In this document: one piece after another, positions 59,120 through 64,000 of the stretch
Numbering within the stretch: the stretch's first letter is position 1
How the letters are laid out: each line of letters begins with the position of its first letter
Origin: Alloascoidea hylecoeti
Taxonomy: Eukaryota
DNA: 64,000 nucleotides
Direction of reading: 5' to 3'
Assembly: GCA_001600815.1 (NCBI GenBank)
Contig: BCKZ01000010.1
Location: forward strand, 1-64,000
Program-made: the position numbers and the translations under genes
Notes under the pieces: generated by a model
What the model was told of the DNA's origin: nothing
Database searches by the model: none
The model's input: the letters and a program-made list of their open reading frames with translations, nothing else

Positions 59120-62100
59120 TGTTGTTATTTCAATTTTAATTAACTTATTACATGCCTTGCATATTGGATATGCAGGGAGTACTTGGTAATTCATATACTA
59201 CATACAGCAAGCCCCTTAATATTACTACCACCTCCTTATTATTATTTAGCCTATATAGTTACATATATAAAATAGTTAAATCCATTGGATTTAACTCTCT
59301 ACTTTTTCTTATTCCTATTTAATATANTATTTACTTTATCTTTTTTACTTTATTAGTTTTACCGATTATTAGATTTCCAATCTTTTCGTCTGTGAACTAT
59401 TCAAACTACTCAATAACTACTTTAAAACTATTTAAACAAAATGTCCGATAACAAATTTGAATTTGGAAAAGACTTCGATATTTCAAANGAAGTCTTCAAA
59501 GCTACTAAAACAGGTGTTACTGCTGGTGAATTCGCAAAGTTTGAAAAAGGATACTATCTTCCTGTTGTCATTAAATGGCTCAAGATTAAACTGGTAACAA
59601 TTGTNAACTCTACTGATATTGATATTCAAAAATTTTTAGACTGCACTTCTGTNAATTTTTATCCACCCAATTTTGCTCTTATTCTGGAATACTTATTAAA
59701 ATTACGATTTTCTACAAATCAAAGTACTACGAAGAAGACTTGAATGGTATTGATCTGTTTTTTACTTTGAAAAAGGATTATAAAATTTTGGATAATGGAA
59801 CTAGAATTGGATTGTTAAAAAATTTCTTTGATGAAACCGTTAAATCTGGCTGTAATGTAAAAAACTTCAATGAAAAGGTTAATGTAATTGTCAATTATTT
59901 TCCTCACTTGAAAAAATGTATCCCATTAATCACTATGTTCAATCTGTCTTCTGCCCAACAAGACCAAGTTCTAATGAGAAAAGACCTTAATGGTGANAGT
60001 GAAACTGATAATATNAAATTTGAAGCAATGAAACATACAGANATTCTTTCTTATATTCGCAAGCTTACTGATAAAGGAGTTCTCCCAGAATCTTCAAACA
60101 TTGAATCAAATANNACTGATGAAGTGAACTACNGAGAACATAAAGCAAAATTCTATAAAAATGTCCGCTGTTATCGCTGTCACAAATTTGGTCATGTCAT
60201 GAACGATTGTCCACTCAACAAGATGAGAAAGCATCCAAAAAGATATGAGGTTATTCAATATGTTGAACTTCCGAGCGGCGCTGATATATACTATTCTGCT
60301 AGAAATGATTCTGATGAAGATGATGAAGAAGCAAATCTTGTTGAACATGAAGAAGAAGTATTTCTTNTCTCTGATGTGGAATTTATTATCGATTCAGGAG
60401 CAACTTGTCATGTTGTGCATGATAAATCGATTTTGGACAATGTTTCTACCTCTAAAACTTCTATTCTTCTCGTAACTTATACCTTTGCTTTTAGTTTGAA
60501 TTAAATAATGGATAACCCTATGTGCAGCCTTAAGGTGTTGTTGTGTTGGATTCGTTAGGAATCTAGACAATAAAGAAGCACTGAAAGAGATATCTGGTCT
60601 GCAAGTATTTGAAGTAAAGTTGATAACACCAGCTTTGAAAATTCTTATGATCTTTATCATTCAACAATGGAGATTCCTTATATGGATTAAAGCCTTTGAC
60701 AAGAGGAGTATTAACTTTGGATTCTTTATGAAGATTGTAGTCACTTTGAATTTTAGTTAAGAAATCATTCAAGCAGATCTTAATACCACCAGTTTCNGTC
60801 CTATTGAGATTCATACCAAGAAATAGTTTTGGAAAACCCGAATCCTTAACCGGAAATTTTGCCTTGATACCCATTTTGATTTCATTCATAACTTTTTCAG
60901 GAGCNCCAATTAATGAATCATCAACATAAATAGGTAGGAGACTATCATTCTTGAAGAATAAACAGGGTTCTAATTCACTTTGAGAATAATTCAAATTTCT
61001 AAGAACTTCAGATATTGTCTTGAACCAAACACTTGGAGCCTGCTTAAGACCATATACAGCACGTTTCAACTTCCAAACCTTGGATGAATCAACTCCTGCA
61101 CCATCTGGAGGATTTAAGTAAACCTCATGATCNATAGGTCCATGCAAAAAAGCAGTTGTAACATCCAGTTGACACAACTTCCAATCATTCTGTACTACTA
61201 TGTTGAGAACAAATCTTAGCATCTCATAAGAACAAACAGGAGCATAGATATCGAGGTAATCTTTTCCAAGCTCTTGTTTAAANCCCTTTGCAACTATTCG
61301 AGACTTGAATCGTTCATTATCACCTTCGGATTTCACAACATGTACCCATCTTGAAGGAATTATTTGTTGGGTAACAGTAGATCTATCCACAAGTTCAACA
61401 ACATCACAAGCCCTGAAAGAATTCAACTCTTGATTCATAGCATTAATCCATTGATCTTTTTGAGGTGACTTTAGAATATCTGAAAAAGACACAGGAATAT
61501 CATACTTTGATTTGTTGACTAACAAGTTGACATCTTCATAATCAGAAATGAATTCATTGTCATCTGTAGAATCAGTCAATAATTTCGAAGGAGTTTGTGC
61601 AGTAGANATTGGCTTCAGATATTTCTTTACAACCTTAAGACCATTGGAGTTTTCAGTAAGTCTAGCTTTATCATGTCTTGGTTTGGTGAGAACATTAAGG
61701 GAATCAGAAGAATTTTCAAAGCATTGTAGGTGTTATCAACTTTACTTCAAATACTTGCAGACCAGATATCTCTTTCAGTGCTTCTTTATTGTCTAGATTC
61801 CTAACGAATCCAACACAACAACACCTTAAGGGTTATCCATTATTTAATTCAAACTAAAAGCAAAGGAGAAGAATAGAAGTTTTGAAGAATATAAAGATTT
61901 CCAGCTATTAAACACTACAAAAGCAGTTACTATCCATAACTATCCTCAATGTGAAAGATTTACAATCAAGGTGATCTCAGACTCTGATCATGGTTCAGAT
62001 ATTAATGACAGAAAGTCTCAAAGTGGTTACTGTGTCTTTGCCAACAATAATCTTATTGGATGGGGTTCTAGAAAACAAAAGAGTGTCAGTATTTCCAGTT

Positions 62101-62190
62101 GTGAAGCAGAATATTATGCATTATCTGAAGCTACTAGAGCAGCTCTATTTTTTAGGAATATCATGAATGAATTAACACACTTGTGGGTAA
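59120..62190 (+). mobile_element. Rearranged Ty1/copia element: putative 5' LTR, gag and protease (+), inverted RT (-), RT end and RNase H start (+); integrase missing
   Basis: CYRCHKFGHVMNDC knuckle and IIDSGATCH protease. Minus strand has RWVH...KSRIVAK, QLDVTTAFLHG, YGLKQAP and IYVDD. Plus strand has RPDISF and SDSDHGSDINDRKSQSGY...SSCEAEYYALSE. Scattered single N's. Confidence 0.93.
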
Positions 62191-62215
62191 CCTTGATTTA
62201 ATTGAGTTTATGTCT

Positions 62216-62601
62216 ATATTAAATAATAATAAATAACTAAGAAGAACTCTAATCTATAAAATGAGAATACTCCCTTGTATTTATAATAAAATAATGAAAT
62301 AATATCTTATTGATATTTATTTCCTAATATGGACATCCAGCTGTGTTTGTTTACGTAAATACCATCTTCAAGCTGTATTTGTTATTATTATCGCGTTTTC
62401 TATTTGCTTTGATTGTTTATATGAATGTAAGCTTTGAGTTGTCAATGTATATAAACTTCTTATTATAAGCAAAATATGAACTTCTAGTTTTAAATGAATT
62501 TAGGCTTCTTATTGTATTGGAATATAAGCTTTTATTATTAATTACCATTTGAGACTGTGACATTTATTATAGCTGTCTAGTCCTTCTAATACTCGTTAAC
62601 A
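62216..62601 (+). mobile_element. Possible solo LTR of another family
   Basis: ~385-bp non-coding block that truncates RNase H, has a TATA-like tatataaa, ends in ttaaca and is followed by a weak PBS-like cattaagcccag. It does not match the 59120 LTR candidate. Confidence 0.25.
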
Positions 62602-62988
62602 CATCATTAAGCCCAGTATTTAATATTTTTTTTTACAAAAATTAATTTCTACTATTAATCAAACGGTTTAACCATACATAAGGTTTAAAATTTAATAAAG
62701 GATGAGGGTAGGCTCGGTGGAGGAACAACAATATAACAATTATATATAACAAATTTAAATAAATAAATAAATGAATAATTAATAAAAAAATAATATAAAA
62801 AGTTTATATGATATAGGTTGAATAATAATGATAAAAGAACATGAACAACAAAAGACACAATGAAACAACCAACTGAGAAAAATAATACTGAAAACATCAT
62901 TCATTATATTTATAACTGTATTAATATTAATATTTAACTTTTTATTATTATTTGTTTTTTTAAATTTGTGGGGCAACTTTAAAAAATA

Positions 62989-64000
62989 TTAATTTACACC
63001 TAATCCATCAGAAGAATCATCGATATAAGAATTATTAGCAATTAATTGTACAACAATTTGTCTATCAGGTTCTCTTGGATGACAAAAGGACACAATTATT
63101 TGATTTTCTTTGGTATTTAATAATTTAATGTTTTTACCAGTAATTATTTGTTTTACAGATCCTATAGTTGAATCTAATATTAATAGTTGTTGATTTACAT
63201 CAATCTTATCAATTTTTTTAATTGTACCAAAATTTGCATTTGTAATTTTTCTAATTTCTAACATATCTGTACCAGCAACAATTAAAAAACCTTTTTCATA
63301 AGTAACTGATATTGCTTTGCATTGATAATTTATAGTTAAAGGTTTTGAAATTAAACCATATGGATTACAAAATATAGCAAATTCATCATAACATAATAAA
63401 TATTCAGATTGATTTTTACCAGATATTTTGAAAACACCTAAAGGCTTAACAGAAATTGAACTTGTTGGAGATGATGATAATTTCCTTTTCACTTGTTCAA
63501 AGCTAAAACCTTGTCTTGTTTGAATATTTTTCCTATCAGATGGAGAAGAATACTCAGAATTTGCCAATTCTGGTAAACTATGAGGTTGTAAATTAGTTAT
63601 TGACATAAATTCAATACCTTTTGAACCATGAACAGCAATAGTTGAATTAAAAATACTTAAACCATAACATTCACATTGTACATAAAATTTTCTTGAATTT
63701 TTAAAAATTTCACTTGATTTTTTATGTCCGTGTTTATCAATAATTGGCTCCATTACTTTAAATCTTGCACCAGTCATAACAGATTCTTTTTTCATATAAA
63801 TTAATTTTAAACCATCAGACATTTGACCAATTTTATATAAATAAACATCATGTTTTGAAATCTTTTTAAATAAATTTAATGGTAATGATTTATTTTTTTG
63901 AAAACATGAAACTAAATCATTTAATTGAAAATACAATAATGATTTATCAGCTAAAACAATTAATAAATTGAATTGTATTAATACTTCTATATCAGTAACG
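62989..64000 (-). CDS. C-terminal CNH domain of a Rho1 GEF (Tus1/Rom2 family; Tus1-like); gene continues beyond the window
   Basis: IVLADKSLLYF, KPLGVFKI, EYLLCYDEFAIFCNPYG, DMLEIR and HPREPDRQIVVQL. The frame is open to the window edge. Confidence 0.75.
   Translation of the reverse strand, partial: VTDIEVLIQFNLLIVLADKSLLYFQLNDLVSCFQKNKSLPLNLFKKISKHDVYLYKIGQMSDGLKLIYMKKESVMTGARFKVMEPIIDKHGHKKSSEIFKNSRKFYVQCECYGLSIFNSTIAVHGSKGIEFMSITNLQPHSLPELANSEYSSPSDRKNIQTRQGFSFEQVKRKLSSSPTSSISVKPLGVFKISGKNQSEYLLCYDEFAIFCNPYGLISKPLTINYQCKAISVTYEKGFLIVAGTDMLEIRKITNANFGTIKKIDKIDVNQQLLILDSTIGSVKQIITGKNIKLLNTKENQIIVSFCHPREPDRQIVVQLIANNSYIDDSSDGLGVN

Noticed and set aside
59700..59745. Programmed frameshift between the two gag ORFs
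   Set aside because: The shift is inside gag, with no Ty1-type CTTAGGC or clear slippery heptamer. The element has many other indels, so a simple lesion is more likely.

Overview
This is AT-rich chromosomal DNA from an ascomycete yeast, probably an early-diverging Saccharomycotina. Short introns have GTATGT/GTAAGT/GTATTT donors and CTAAY branch points, and CUG sits at conserved Leu positions in Atg4. Intact genes read from the sequence are EFM7, CTS1, LOS1 (1 intron), an EAP1-like gene, GDA1, ADE12, GUD1, SSU72, JJJ1, SQS1, ATG4, a GAPDH, ITC1 (3 introns), LEA1, an ICT1/CLD1-family hydrolase, a CRD2-type metallothionein and the 3' end of a CNH-domain Rho-GEF. Between them lie debris islands (about 1-7 kb, 20.6-22.3 kb, 35-39.5 kb, 45.5-52.3 kb and 54.8-62.6 kb) holding Ty1/copia remnants, MITE-like hairpins, a decayed 25S rDNA piece and fragments of ordinary genes. 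The most striking signal is how this debris was built. Several pieces are DNA-level copies of genes lying 5-20 kb away in this same window. They were cut down by repeated microhomology-bounded deletions and fold-back inversions while staying close in sequence to their source. The clearest case is a 4.7-kb ITC1-LEA1 segment collapsed to 1.2 kb. All calls come from motif recognition and by-eye alignment; no database searches were run.
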